Below are positions 38,278 through 48,743 of a stretch of 64,000 nucleotides of DNA, in pieces. The stretch spans positions 15,408 to 79,407 of the forward strand of contig VBOR01000057.1 of assembly GCA_005893165.1 (NCBI GenBank), given 5' to 3'. A model generated the notes under the pieces. That model did no database searches. It had not been told where the DNA came from and worked only from the letters and a program-made list of their open reading frames with translations. Position 1 is the stretch's first letter. Every line of letters begins with the position of its first letter. Source of the stretch: Candidatus Eiseniibacteriota bacterium (GTDB lineage Bacteria; Eisenbacteria; RBG-16-71-46; SZUA-252). A program made the translations under genes and the position numbers.

Positions 38278-39242
38278 TCCGCCTTCGCGCGGGGGTGGTC
38301 GGGGTCGGACACCTCGGCAGCCACCACGCGCGCGCGTGGTCCAAAACCAAGGATGCCGTGCTCTCCGGAGGGTTCGATCCCGATCCCTCAGCGAGGGCGC
38401 GCGCCGCCCGCGAGCTCAAGCTCCCGATGTTCGATACGCTCGAGGAGCTGCTCGACCGCGTGGACGTCGTCTCGATCGCGGCGCCCACGCCCCAGCATCA
38501 CGAGCTCACCCTGACCTGCCTGGGCCGCGGCCTTCACGTGCTCGTGGAAAAGCCGATGGCGGCCACCGTGACGGAGGGAAGTTCCATGCTGGCGGCGGCC
38601 CGTGCGGGCTGACGCGCGCTCTTCGTGGGCCAGGTCGAACGCTTCAACCCCGCTGTCCAGGCGTCCCGCCCCCATCTCAAAGCGCCGCGATTCATCGAGG
38701 CGCACCGGCTCGCCCCGATCGTGCCCCGCGGCATCGACGTGGACGTGATCCTGGATCTCATGATCCACGACCTGGATCTGGCGCTCTGGCTCACGAGGTC
38801 GCGGGTAATCGAGGTGCACGCCGTGGGGGTCCCGGTGCTGACGCCGCGCATCGACATCGCGAACGCGCGACTCACGTTCGCGAGCGGCTGCGTGGCGAAC
38901 CTGACCGCGAGCCGCGTCTCCCGCGAGAAAATACGCAAGATTCGCTTCTTCGAGACGAACGAGTACCTCTCGATCGATTGCCTGAACCGGAGCGTCGAGG
39001 CGTACACGCTCGCGCCCTCCGGCTCCGAGGCTCCCACGGACCTTCTCAAGCGGATCCGGCCGCTCCGGATCCAGGTCGAGACACGAGACCCCCTCGAGTC
39101 GGAGCTCACCCATTTCCTGGCGCTCTCGCGCGAGCCGGAGGCCTCCTGGGAGGAGGCCGAAGTCGCGCTGGAGGCGCTTCGGGTCGCGGAGGAAGTGCGG
39201 GCGCAGGCGCTGCGAAATCTCCCGCTGGACCTGCCGGTCTGA
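38274..39242 (+). pseudogene. Gfo/Idh/MocA oxidoreductase (GnnA-like) with one in-frame TGA at 38610-38612
   Basis: GVGHLG, HVLVEKPMA, then G*RALFVGQVERFNPA in the same frame, LDLMIHDLD, ANLTASRVS; lies between lpxA and lpxB. Confidence 0.8.
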
Positions 39243-40414
39243 AATTTCCCTTTCTCATCGTTTCGGCGGGCGAGCCCTCCGGGGACCGCCTCGGAGCCGA
39301 GCTCCTCGAGGGGCTCCGGGCCCGTGGGATCTCCTTCGAGGCCGCCGGCATCGGCGGACCCAAGCTTCGCGCGGCCGGGCTCACCACGGTCGTTCCCATG
39401 GAATCGGTCGCGGTGATGGGATTCGCCTCCATCCTGGGTCGCCTTCCCGAGATCCGGCGGGCGCGCGGCGAGATCGTCCGTCTCCTCGAGGCACATCCCG
39501 AGGCGATCTTCCTTCCCATCGACTCGCCGGGGCTTCATCTGGGGCTGGCGCGCACGGCCCGGAGCCTGGGCCGCCGCGTGGTCTACTATGTGTGCCCGCA
39601 GATCTGGGCGTGGGGAGGAGGCCGCATCCGGCGCCTGAAACAGGACGTGGATCTCACGCTGCTTCTCTTTCGCTTCGAGTCGGAGCTCCTCGCGAAGGAG
39701 GGAGTACCGGCCCGCTGGGTGGGTCACCCCGCCGGAGCGCTCCGCCCCGACCCGTCCCGCCGCGCAGAGCTCCGGAAGGCGCTGGGGATCGGTCCGGGCG
39801 AGCGGCTGGTGTCGCTCCTCCCGGGGAGCCGGCTCGAGGAGGTGCGCCGTCATCTCGTGCCGATGCTGGACGGCGCGGCCCGCGTCGCCGCCCATTCCGG
39901 GGCGCGCGTGCGCGTGGCGGTGAGCGACGCCGGACCGGTGGATGAGGCGATCCGGGACCCGGTCGTGCGCCGTGCATGGAGCGCCCTTCTTCCCATCCAC
40001 TGGCGCGAGGACGCGAAGGACCTCTTGCGGGCGGCGGATGCCGCCGTGGTTGCTTCGGGGACGGCGACCCTCGAGACCGCGGCGCTCCAGGTGCCTCAGG
40101 TGATCGTGTACCGGACAGGCTGGCTCAATTACGAGATCGCGCGCCGACTCGTGCGCGTGCCTTCGATCGGGCTCGCGAATCTCGTCGCGGGGGGGAAGAT
40201 CGCTCCCGAGCTGATCCAGGGGCAGGCGGTGGGGTCGCGCATCGGGGCGGAGCTCGCGAAGCTCCTGGCGGACGACGCCGCGCGCGGGGCCCAGCTCCGC
40301 GGATTCGCCTCGATCCCGGAGCGCCTCGGCGGGGAGGGATCGGCCGGGCGCGCCGCGGAGGCGCTCATCGAATTCGCGGGGCGGGTGCCCGCCGGCCGGA
40401 AGCGCTGCGCGTGA
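39239..40414 (+). CDS. lpxB: lipid A disaccharide synthase
   Basis: SAGEPSGD, IDSPG, YVCPQIWAW, VGHP, LLPGSR, SGTATLE; apparent CTG start overlapping the upstream TGA. Confidence 0.92.
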   Translation: MKFPFLIVSAGEPSGDRLGAELLEGLRARGISFEAAGIGGPKLRAAGLTTVVPMESVAVMGFASILGRLPEIRRARGEIVRLLEAHPEAIFLPIDSPGLHLGLARTARSLGRRVVYYVCPQIWAWGGGRIRRLKQDVDLTLLLFRFESELLAKEGVPARWVGHPAGALRPDPSRRAELRKALGIGPGERLVSLLPGSRLEEVRRHLVPMLDGAARVAAHSGARVRVAVSDAGPVDEAIRDPVVRRAWSALLPIHWREDAKDLLRAADAAVVASGTATLETAALQVPQVIVYRTGWLNYEIARRLVRVPSIGLANLVAGGKIAPELIQGQAVGSRIGAELAKLLADDAARGAQLRGFASIPERLGGEGSAGRAAEALIEFAGRVPAGRKRCA

Positions 40415-41688
40415 TGCCGATGGGTCTCCTGGCGTACCGGGGCGCCGCGGCGCTCACCGGATGGTGCGCTCCGCTCCTCCGCGGCTTCGGCGCTCGCGGG
40501 AGCGCCTGGCGCTCCGCCTGGAGCGGCGCCACGTCCGATCTCGCCGCGGCGTCCGGAAGCGTCTGGGTCCACGCCGCCTCGATGGGAGAAGTGGTGGCGG
40601 CCCGCACCTGGATCCAGGCGCTTCTCGACTCCGGACACCGCGCGCCGATCCTCCTCACGACCCGCACCTCGCGCGGCCTCGCGCGCGCCCGGCGCGAGCT
40701 CACGGACCGCGTGGTCGGGCGGATCGCGCCCCTCGATCTTCCGCAGCTCCTGCGCTCCTTTCTCGAGGGCGCGGCGCCCTGGCGTCTGGACGTGGTGGAG
40801 ACCGAGCTCTGGCCGCACCTCATTCTGGAATCCCGGAGGCGAAACGTGGCCGTGGTCTTCCTGAGCGCGACCGTCTCCGAGCGGACGCGCGCACGGCTCC
40901 TCCGCTGGGGCCTCGCGGGCCCGGGCGTCTTCGGAGAGGGCGTGTGGGTGCTCGCGCAATCGGAGCGGAACGCGGAACGGTTCCGATCGCTCGGCGTGCC
41001 CTCCTCGCGCATCGCGGTGACGGGGGACCTCAAGGCGGAGCCGCCGGTCAAGACCGCTTCGCGGGACCCGGCCGCGCGCCCCGGAGTCGTGTTCGGAAGC
41101 CTGCGGCCGGGAGAGGAGGATCTGGCGCTCGCGCTCGCGCGTCGCGTGGGGTTCGACGGCGGACGCGCGCTCGTCGTGGCGCCGCGCCACGAAGAGGGTC
41201 TGGCGCGCGTGCTCGGGGCGCTCGAGCGCGCCGGGATTCCGCGTGTGGTGCGGCGCGAGACCGACCGCGGGACCGAAGCCCTGGGGGACTGGATCGCCGG
41301 GCTGGCCGCAGGGACCCCGCGCGTCGGGATCCTTGCGACCCAGGGGGAGCTTCCCCTGGCCTACGAATCGGCTGCCGTGGCGATCGTGGGCGGGACGTTC
41401 GCCCCGTACGGGGGGCACAACGCGCTGGAGCCCGCCGCGCGCGGGGCGGCCATCGTGGTCGGTCCGCACGCGGAGGGAATCCAGGAGAGCGTCGATTCGC
41501 TCGCCCGCGAGGGTGCGCTTCTCTCGGCGCCGGGGGTGGAGGCTGCGGCCGAGTCGGTCGGATCGCTCCTCCGGGACCCCGAGGCCCTCCGGCGCATGGG
41601 GCAGGGGGCGGTTCGCGCCGCCTCGGCCGCATCGGAGTCGGCGCGGCGCTCGCTCGAGGCGATCGAGCGGTTCGGGCTGAATCCGTGA
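40411..41688 (+). CDS. waaA: Kdo transferase
   Basis: WVHAASMGE, PLD, ETELWP, TGDLK, APRH, GGHNALEPA. Confidence 0.9.
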   Translation: MMPMGLLAYRGAAALTGWCAPLLRGFGARGSAWRSAWSGATSDLAAASGSVWVHAASMGEVVAARTWIQALLDSGHRAPILLTTRTSRGLARARRELTDRVVGRIAPLDLPQLLRSFLEGAAPWRLDVVETELWPHLILESRRRNVAVVFLSATVSERTRARLLRWGLAGPGVFGEGVWVLAQSERNAERFRSLGVPSSRIAVTGDLKAEPPVKTASRDPAARPGVVFGSLRPGEEDLALALARRVGFDGGRALVVAPRHEEGLARVLGALERAGIPRVVRRETDRGTEALGDWIAGLAAGTPRVGILATQGELPLAYESAAVAIVGGTFAPYGGHNALEPAARGAAIVVGPHAEGIQESVDSLAREGALLSAPGVEAAAESVGSLLRDPEALRRMGQGAVRAASAASESARRSLEAIERFGLNP

Positions 41689-42676
41689 GAGGGATCGCGG
41701 GAGTGTTCGAGCGCTCCTGGTCCGGGGAGCCGGGCACCCTCGCGTGGACCCGGCTCCTGATTCCGGCGGCGTCGGTGTACGCGATCGCCTCAGGGGCCGC
41801 GCGCCGCCGCGCTTCCGCGAGGAGGCGCGACCTTCCCGGCGCGTACGTCATCGCGGTGGGGAACCTGACCGTGGGGGGCGCCGGGAAGAGCACGATCGCG
41901 CGATGGCTCGCGCTCGAGCGCACCGGATCGCGCTCCCCCGGGAGATCGCGGTCGCCGCGGATCCAGACCGCCGGCGCGCCGCCCAGGCCGCGAAGGATGG
42001 ATACGGGGCGGCGGTCCTCGTGCTCGACGACGGGTGGGAGCAATCGAGGCTCCGCTGGAACGAGCTCTGGGTCGCGCTCGATCCCCGGCGGCCGGCGGGG
42101 AATGGATTCCTTCTCCCGGCCGGGCCCCTCCGGCGCCCGGTGGCGACGCTTCGAGAGGCGAGCCGTATCGTATTCCTCCTCGAGGAAGAGGGCGAGGAGG
42201 TGCCGTCCGGGACGCTGAGCTGGGCGGATCGCACCGCGCCCGGAGTGCCGCGCCTCCGTGTTCTGCGCACGCTCCTGGGAACGGGGCCGCTCGGCGCGCG
42301 CCGGGGCGCCGCGGGCGCGCCGCGCGCGGTGGATGCGATTCGCAGAGGCGACAAGGTCGGGCTTCTTTCCGGGATCGGATCGCCGCAGCGGCTGACGCGC
42401 TTCGTCGCGGGCGCGGGCGTGGACGTGAGATTTCACGCCGCGTTCCCCGACCACGCCCGGTGGCGCGGACCGGAGCTTCTCGCCGCGGTTCGGCGCGCGA
42501 GGTCCGCCGGGGCCGAGTCCGTATGGATCACGGAAAAGGACGAGCCGCGCTGGCCGCGCGATCTTCGCCTGGACCTGCCGGTGCGCGTCATCCGCACCGG
42601 GCTCAGGCCGCTGGATCCGGTCGAGGACGCCCTTCGCCCGCTCCGGGCGGCCGTGGCCGTGGGGCCACCGAGATGA
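41685..42676 (+). pseudogene. lpxK: tetraacyldisaccharide 4'-kinase, apparent deletion and frameshift at ~41918
   Basis: VGNLTVGGAGKS in one frame; LDDG, LLPAGPLR, FPDH, ITEKD in another; the RGY/GDE segment is absent. Confidence 0.85.
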
Positions 42677-44304
42677 AGCGCACGGTGAAGAAAGAAACGG
42701 ACGTTCTGGTCATCGGGAGCGGCGTCGCGGGGCTTTCGGCCGCGCTCCACGCGGCCCGGTTCGCGCGCGTGCTGGTCGTGACGAAGCGCGAGGGACACGA
42801 GTCCAACACGAACTACGCGCAGGGCGGAATCGCGGCGCCGCTGGGCGAGGACGACCGGCCCGAGATCCACGAGCGCGACACCCTGGTCTGCGGCGCCGGT
42901 CTCTGCGACCCCGAATCCGTGCGCGTGCTCGTGGAGGAGGGCTCGGGAGAGATCGCGCACCTGGTCTCGCTCGGGGTGCGCTTCGACCGAGACCCCAAGA
43001 CCCCGGGAGCCCTCGCGCTCGGGCAGGAAGGGGGACATTCGCGCCGGCGCATCGTCCACGCGAAGGACCGCACCGGCCGGGCCGTGGAGTCGACGCTCCT
43101 GGATCAGGTGCGGAAGCACCCCAAGATCTCCATCCTCGAGAACCACATCATGGTGGATCTCATCCTGGAATCGAAGCATCTCGCGGGACGAAAGCGGGCA
43201 CCGCAGCGCGACCGCGTCTGGGGAGCCTACGTGCTCGACCGGGGCCGCGGCTCGATCCGCCCGCTCGCGGCGCGCGCCACCGTGCTCGCCACCGGCGGTG
43301 CGGGAAAGGCGTACCTCTACACGACGAATCCCGACATCGCGACCGGGGACGGGCTGGCGGCCGCGTTCCGCGCGGGCGCGCCCGTCGCGAACCTCGAGTT
43401 CATCCAGTTCCATCCCACGTGCCTCTTCCACCCGGACGCCAAGTCCTTCCTCATCTCGGAAGCGGTGCGCGGTGAAGGCGCAAAGCTCCTGACCGCGGAC
43501 GGGAAGCCCTTCATGCACCGCTACCACCGCCTGAACGAGCTGGCCCCGCGGGACGTGGTCGCCCGCGCCATCGACGCCGAGATGAAGCGGCGCGGCGACA
43601 AGTTCGTGCTCCTGGATCTCGCGCGTCTGGGGAAGCGCCTCCTGCTCCGGCGATTTCCCCACATCACGAGCCGCATTCTCGAGTTCGGGTACGACGTGTT
43701 CCACGATCCGATTCCCGTGGTGCCCGCGGCGCACTACATCTGCGGCGGCGTCGTCACCGATCTGGACGGGCGCACTGCGATTCCGGGGCTCTACGCGTGC
43801 GGCGAGGTGGCCTGCACGGGAGTCCATGGCGCGAACCGCCTCGCCTCGAACTCCCTCCTCGAGGCGCTCGTGTTCGCGCGGCGCACGGGGCGCGCGGTGC
43901 TGCATCAGCTCCTCGTGGAAGGACGCGCCCGGACGCCCCGGCTCCCGGCCTGGAGAACCAATGGAGCGGTCACGCCGAAGGAGCAGGTGATCTTCGACCA
44001 CAATTGGGATGCGCTGCGAAGGGTCCTATGGGACTATATGGGCATCGTCCGCAGCGACGAGCGGCTGAAACGGGCGGCCACCACGGTCGGATTGCTGCGC
44101 GATCAGATCGAGCGCGACTACTGGAGCTACCGGCTCGACAGCGACCTGGTCGAGCTTCGCAACATCGGTCTCGTGGCCGATCTCATGGTGGCATGCGCGC
44201 TGAGGCGGAAGGAAAGTCGCGGGCTGCACTACAACGTGGATCATCCTCGGACCCTCGATTCGTTTCGGAACGACACCACGCTCACCCGTCGGGATGTACG
44301 CTGA
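42673..44304 (+). CDS. nadB: L-aspartate oxidase
   Basis: IGSGVAGL, NTNYAQGG, EGGHSRRRIVH, QFHPT, ISEAVRGEG, AAHYICGG, HGANRLASNSLLE, RKESRGLHY. Confidence 0.95.
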   Translation: MKRTVKKETDVLVIGSGVAGLSAALHAARFARVLVVTKREGHESNTNYAQGGIAAPLGEDDRPEIHERDTLVCGAGLCDPESVRVLVEEGSGEIAHLVSLGVRFDRDPKTPGALALGQEGGHSRRRIVHAKDRTGRAVESTLLDQVRKHPKISILENHIMVDLILESKHLAGRKRAPQRDRVWGAYVLDRGRGSIRPLAARATVLATGGAGKAYLYTTNPDIATGDGLAAAFRAGAPVANLEFIQFHPTCLFHPDAKSFLISEAVRGEGAKLLTADGKPFMHRYHRLNELAPRDVVARAIDAEMKRRGDKFVLLDLARLGKRLLLRRFPHITSRILEFGYDVFHDPIPVVPAAHYICGGVVTDLDGRTAIPGLYACGEVACTGVHGANRLASNSLLEALVFARRTGRAVLHQLLVEGRARTPRLPAWRTNGAVTPKEQVIFDHNWDALRRVLWDYMGIVRSDERLKRAATTVGLLRDQIERDYWSYRLDSDLVELRNIGLVADLMVACALRRKESRGLHYNVDHPRTLDSFRNDTTLTRRDVR

Positions 44305-44305
44305 T

Positions 44306-44701
44306 ATGGCGGCTGATCTGGAAACGGCGCTGCTGGACGTGGCGCAGAAGTACGGGCGGTACAAGCCCAACGCGTACCGGTTCACGCTCGACGCGGTTCA
44401 CTTCACCGTCAAGGGGGTCGGGCACAGCGGTCACGTGAGCGGCGTGGAGCTCCTGGAGGGCATCCGGCGGCTCGCCCTGGAGCGTTTCGGTCCCATGGCC
44501 AAGACGGTCTTCGAGCAGTGGGGGATCGCGATCACCGAGGATTTCGGCCACATCGTGTTCCAGCTCGTGGACGAGGGGCTTCTCGGCAAGACCGAGCAGG
44601 ACAAACTGAGCGATTTCGCGCGCGGGTACGACTTCAACGAGGCGTTCGTGCAGAATTTCGACTGGCTCGGCCGCATCACCGATTCGAGTGACGCCACCTA
44701 G
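44306..44701 (+). CDS. conserved hypothetical protein, Minf_1886-like family
   Basis: RY-x3-AY-x-F, HVSG-x-ELL, FGPMAKTVFEQWGI, TEDFG-x-IVF-x-LV, D-x3-DF. Confidence 0.75.
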   Translation: MAADLETALLDVAQKYGRYKPNAYRFTLDAVHFTVKGVGHSGHVSGVELLEGIRRLALERFGPMAKTVFEQWGIAITEDFGHIVFQLVDEGLLGKTEQDKLSDFARGYDFNEAFVQNFDWLGRITDSSDAT

Positions 44702-44728
44702 CATGGCCCCCCGGATGACCTCCCTGCC

Positions 44729-46756
44729 GTGAGGCGCGAGAGCACTTCGTTCCGTCTCCTCCGCTATCTCCGACCGTATCGCGGGCGCCTCATCGTGACC
44801 GCGCTCCTCATGGTGGGGTTCGCGCTCTCGAGCGGGATCACGATCGGGATGATCTCCCCCTTCGTGAAGGTCCTCTTCACGCCCCGGCCCGCCGTGTCGG
44901 GCGGCGAGCATCCCGGCTCCGTCATCGCCGCAGGGCCGGGCGCGGGTCCTGCCGAGAAGGTCGTCCCCGGCGTGGCGGCGCTGGACGCGGCGCTCGGACC
45001 GGCGCCACGGGCCGCGGGCGGCACCTACGTTCCTGGAAGCGGGCTCGCCGGCCGCGTGAACGCGTGGAAGCAGGACCTCCGCACCTGGTTCGAGCACTTT
45101 TTCCTGACGGGGAATCCGCTCCGCTCGCTGACGCGAATCTGCCTCGCGCTCCTCGTGGTGTTTCTCTTGAAGAACCTCTTCGACTTTCTCCAGAACGTGC
45201 TCACCGTCTGGGTGGAGCAGGCCGTGGTGCGTGATCTCAGAAACGAGCTCTACGCGCACCTCCACGACCTCTCGCTTTCCTTTTTCCATTCGCGGCGGAC
45301 CGGGGCGCTCCTCTCGCGCCTCACCAACGACATTTCCCTGGTGCGCGGGGCGTTGGCAGCCGGATTCAGCAACGTCGTGAAGAGCGTACTCCTCCTCGCC
45401 GTGTGCCTCTTCTGGATCTTCTGGACCTCCTGGCGTCTCGCGCTCCTCTCGCTGATCGTGATCCCGCCCTCCCTGATGCTCATCGTGTGGCTCGGGAAGA
45501 AGCTCCGCCGGCGCAGCACGATCACGCAGGAGCGCATGGCGGACCTGAACGCGATCCTCTCCGAGACGCTCGGCGGGATCCGCGTGGTGAAGGCGTTCTC
45601 GATGGAGGAATTCGAGAAGCGCCGGTTCGCGGCCTCGGCGAACGATTATTTCCGGGCGTTCGTGAAGCAGCGGAGGCTCGGCGCGATGGCGGGACCGGTG
45701 TCGGAGTACCTGGGCGTCGTGGCGGCGACCGCAGTCCTCTGGTACGGCGGCCACGAGATCCTGCTCCAGCGCGCGCTCGAGCCGCAGCAGTTCTTCATCT
45801 TCCTCTTCGCGATGCTCCAGCTCATGAGCCCGCTCAAGTCCCTGAGCAACGTGAACGCGACGCTCCAGGAAGGGCTGGCCGGTGCGGTCCGGATTTTCAG
45901 GATCCTGGACACGGAGCCCGCGATCGTGAGCCGGCCGGGCTCCCGCCCTGCGTCGGGAATCCGCACCGGAATGGAATTCGATCGAGTGAGCTTCCACTAC
46001 GGGAGCGGGCCCGACGTGCTCCGGGACGTGTCCTTCTCGGTGCGGGCGGGGGAGGTGGTCGCGCTCGTGGGGCCGAGCGGAGCGGGAAAGTCCACGCTGG
46101 TGGATCTGGTCGCCCGCTTCTACGATCCCACGGAGGGGAAGATCCTCCTCGACGGGACCGACCTCCGGGACTACGAGGTGGGATCGCTCCGCCGGATGAT
46201 GGGGATCGTCACGCAGGACCCGCTCCTCTTCAACGACACCATCACGCGGAACATCGCCTACGGCGTGGCCGACGCGGATCCGGAGGCGGTTCGCCGGTCG
46301 GCCCAGGCCGCGAACGCGGACGGCTTCATCCGGGAGATGCCTGAGGGATACGAGACCAAGGTGGGGGACCGCGGCACGCGTCTCTCCGGAGGGGAGCGGC
46401 AGCGGATCGCGATCGCGCGGGCGATCTTCAAGGATCCGGCGCTCCTTCTTCTCGACGAGGCGACCTCCAACCTCGATTCCGAATCGGAGCTCCTGGTCCA
46501 GCAGGCTCTCGAGGTGCTCTTCCGGGGCCGGACCGTGTTCGTCATCGCGCATCGTCTCTCGACGATCCAGCGCGCGGACCGGATCCTGGTCATCGATCAG
46601 GGAAGGATCGTGGAAACCGGAACACACGCCGAGCTGGTGAATCGGCCGGGGCTCTATCAGAAGCTTCACCGGCTCCAGTTCCGCCTGGCCGAGAGCTCAT
46701 CCATCGGCGCGCTCTCCGGGCTTCCAGGGGCGTTCGCCGAGGGTCAGGCGGGCTAG
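44729..46756 (+). CDS. msbA: lipid A flippase MsbA-type ABC exporter
   Basis: TM domain with TGALLSRLTND, GPSGAGKST, LSGGERQRIAIAR, LDEATS, IAHRLST; lipid A operon context. Confidence 0.85.
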   Translation: MRRESTSFRLLRYLRPYRGRLIVTALLMVGFALSSGITIGMISPFVKVLFTPRPAVSGGEHPGSVIAAGPGAGPAEKVVPGVAALDAALGPAPRAAGGTYVPGSGLAGRVNAWKQDLRTWFEHFFLTGNPLRSLTRICLALLVVFLLKNLFDFLQNVLTVWVEQAVVRDLRNELYAHLHDLSLSFFHSRRTGALLSRLTNDISLVRGALAAGFSNVVKSVLLLAVCLFWIFWTSWRLALLSLIVIPPSLMLIVWLGKKLRRRSTITQERMADLNAILSETLGGIRVVKAFSMEEFEKRRFAASANDYFRAFVKQRRLGAMAGPVSEYLGVVAATAVLWYGGHEILLQRALEPQQFFIFLFAMLQLMSPLKSLSNVNATLQEGLAGAVRIFRILDTEPAIVSRPGSRPASGIRTGMEFDRVSFHYGSGPDVLRDVSFSVRAGEVVALVGPSGAGKSTLVDLVARFYDPTEGKILLDGTDLRDYEVGSLRRMMGIVTQDPLLFNDTITRNIAYGVADADPEAVRRSAQAANADGFIREMPEGYETKVGDRGTRLSGGERQRIAIARAIFKDPALLLLDEATSNLDSESELLVQQALEVLFRGRTVFVIAHRLSTIQRADRILVIDQGRIVETGTHAELVNRPGLYQKLHRLQFRLAESSSIGALSGLPGAFAEGQAG

Positions 46757-46759
46757 CCG

Positions 46760-47708
46760 GTGGCCCACCGCCGCGCGGCGGCGGTCCTCCGCTTCTCCTC
46801 CCTGGGGGACGTTCTCCTCGCCGCTCACGTTCCCGCATTTCTCAAGCAGGTGGATCGCGATCGCCGCGTGCTCTTCGTGACGAAGGAACGATTCGCGGGT
46901 CTTCTGCGAGGGCATCCGGACGTCGATCGCGTGTACGCCCTCGAGGAGCGCGGAAGCGATCCCGCGGCGCCCTCGACGGGTGTGGTGGGGAAGCTCGGGG
47001 TGCTGATCGCGGCACTGCGAGGGGACGGAGTCGAGGAGATCTTCGACCTGCACCAGAACTGGCGGTCCTCGCGAATCGTCACCGCGTTTCCCCAGGCGAA
47101 GCACGTCCTGCCTCCCAAGTACGGTCTGAGGCGCAGGCTTCGGGTGTACGCGCGATGGTTTCGCCCCGAGCCCGTGCCGCCGCTCCTCCGCACGTACCGG
47201 AGCGCCGCCGGGCTCGATCCCGACGCCCCGCTTTCCCCCTGGCTACGGAACGCGCTCTCCGAGGCGGAGCTTGCATGCGGCTCGGAGCAGGCGCCTGGGG
47301 GCTCGAGCGGCCGTGGGTTCGTCCTCCTCGGCGCGGGAGCGCGCTGGGAGACGAAGCGCTGGCCCGCGGCTCATTTCGCCACGCTGGCCCGGCGGATCGA
47401 GCGAGAGCTGGGTCTGGGGGTCCGCTACGCCGTGACCGGCGGGGAGCGGGCCGCGCAGGAGCTCGTCCCGCACCTCCAACGCAACGAGACACCGCTCTTC
47501 CTTCCGTTCCGGGAGCTCGCGGCCGTGGCGGCGCACGCGCGCGCCATCGTCTCCAACGATTCGGCCGTGCTCCACCTCGGCCCCGCTCTGGGAGTCCCGG
47601 CGGTGGGCATCTTCGGCGGGACCGTTCCCGAGTTCGGGTTCGCGAGGCAGGGTCCGCGGGACGAGGTGGCGGAGATCCGTCCCTGGTGCCGGCCCTGCGG
47701 GGCTCATC
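46760..47708 (+). pseudogene. GT9 heptosyltransferase-like glycosyltransferase, 3' end missing at ~47705
   Basis: RFSSLGDV, DLH, GARWETKRWP, SNDSAVLHL, CRPCGAH, then non-homologous read-through. Confidence 0.8.
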
Positions 47709-48617
47709 ACGAGCTCCGATCCGGAGGGGCTCGCGCGCGCCGTGGAGCAAACGATCGGGGAGCCGCTCCACTGGGCGCGTCTCGACGCGCCCGGCTTCGA
47801 GCAGGCAACGATCTGGTTCTGCGCGGGCGCTCCCCCCGAAACTCCGCTCCGGCTTCCGAAGCTTCGCTGGATCCAGAGCGGGTGGGCCGGGATCGAGAAC
47901 TGGTTCACGCGGCCGGAATGGACCGAAGAGGTCCTCCTGACGCGCACGATCGGCGATTTCCCCCAGCGGATCGCGCAGCACGTGCTCGGCTACATCCTCG
48001 CGCGGACGCTCCGGGTCGACGAGGCGCTGCGCGGGATGGCGGAGCGGAGCTGGAAGCGGTGGACCCCGGAATCGATCGCGGGGAAGAACCTCCTGGTCGT
48101 CGGCATGGGCGCCATTGGAGTCGAGGTCGCCGCGGTCGCGCGCGCCTTCGAGATGCACGTGGCCGGCGTGAGACGAGGGGACGACGGGCCGGTCCGGCGT
48201 CCGCTGGATTCCTCCGGCAGCCGGGAACTCCCGGCGCTCCTCAAGTGGGCGGATTTCGCGGTGAGCCTGCTTCCGCTCACGGAGGAGACGGAATCCTTCT
48301 GGAATGCGGAGCGCTTCGGCGCCATGAAGGCGGGCGCCGTCTTCATCAACGTCTCGCGCGGAGGGACCGTGGACGAGGCGGCACTCGTGCGCGGGCTCGC
48401 GCGAGGCCGCCCCGCGGCGGCGATCCTGGACGTGTTTCGCGAGGAGCCCCTTCCGGCCGAGCATCCGCTTCGCGGGAAGGACAACGTCTGGATCACGCCG
48501 CACGTCGCGGGCATCGGCACTCCCGAGGCGCTCGCCCGGGACTTCGCGGAGAACTACCGGCGGTTCCGTGCCGACGAGCCGCTGCAGAATCTCGTGGATC
48601 GCGTGCGAGGCTACTGA
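47700..48617 (+). CDS. D-2-hydroxyacid dehydrogenase, 5' end apparently missing
   Basis: LRWIQSGWAG, VGMGAIG, LPLT, INVSRG, LDVFREEPL, ITPHVAG; frame extends upstream of GTG 47742 to the junction. Confidence 0.85.
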   Translation, partial: GLITSSDPEGLARAVEQTIGEPLHWARLDAPGFEQATIWFCAGAPPETPLRLPKLRWIQSGWAGIENWFTRPEWTEEVLLTRTIGDFPQRIAQHVLGYILARTLRVDEALRGMAERSWKRWTPESIAGKNLLVVGMGAIGVEVAAVARAFEMHVAGVRRGDDGPVRRPLDSSGSRELPALLKWADFAVSLLPLTEETESFWNAERFGAMKAGAVFINVSRGGTVDEAALVRGLARGRPAAAILDVFREEPLPAEHPLRGKDNVWITPHVAGIGTPEALARDFAENYRRFRADEPLQNLVDRVRGY

Positions 48618-48675
48618 TCCTCTTGGAACCACGCTCCGCGAAGCCGATCCTCACCCGAGCTCGACCGGAAAGAGC

Positions 48676-48703
48676 TTGATTCCACGCGCGCGGCTTCCAT
48701 AAT
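48676..48703 (+). promoter_or_regulatory. sigma70-type promoter for tdh-kbl
   Basis: TTGATT-16nt-CATAAT; SD GGAGG before GTG 48744. Confidence 0.5.
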
Positions 48704-48743
48704 CCGATCTTGGGCCGTACGTTAGCTCACCGGGAGGAACCCT

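Noticed and set aside
38610-38612. Selenocysteine or genome-wide UGA recoding
   Set aside because: Not at a Cys-equivalent site, no evident SECIS, and TGA is the normal stop for most genes here.
46760-48679. 639-aa GT9 protein with a novel C-terminal domain
   Set aside because: The extension is off-frame read-through over the dehydrogenase gene after the junction.
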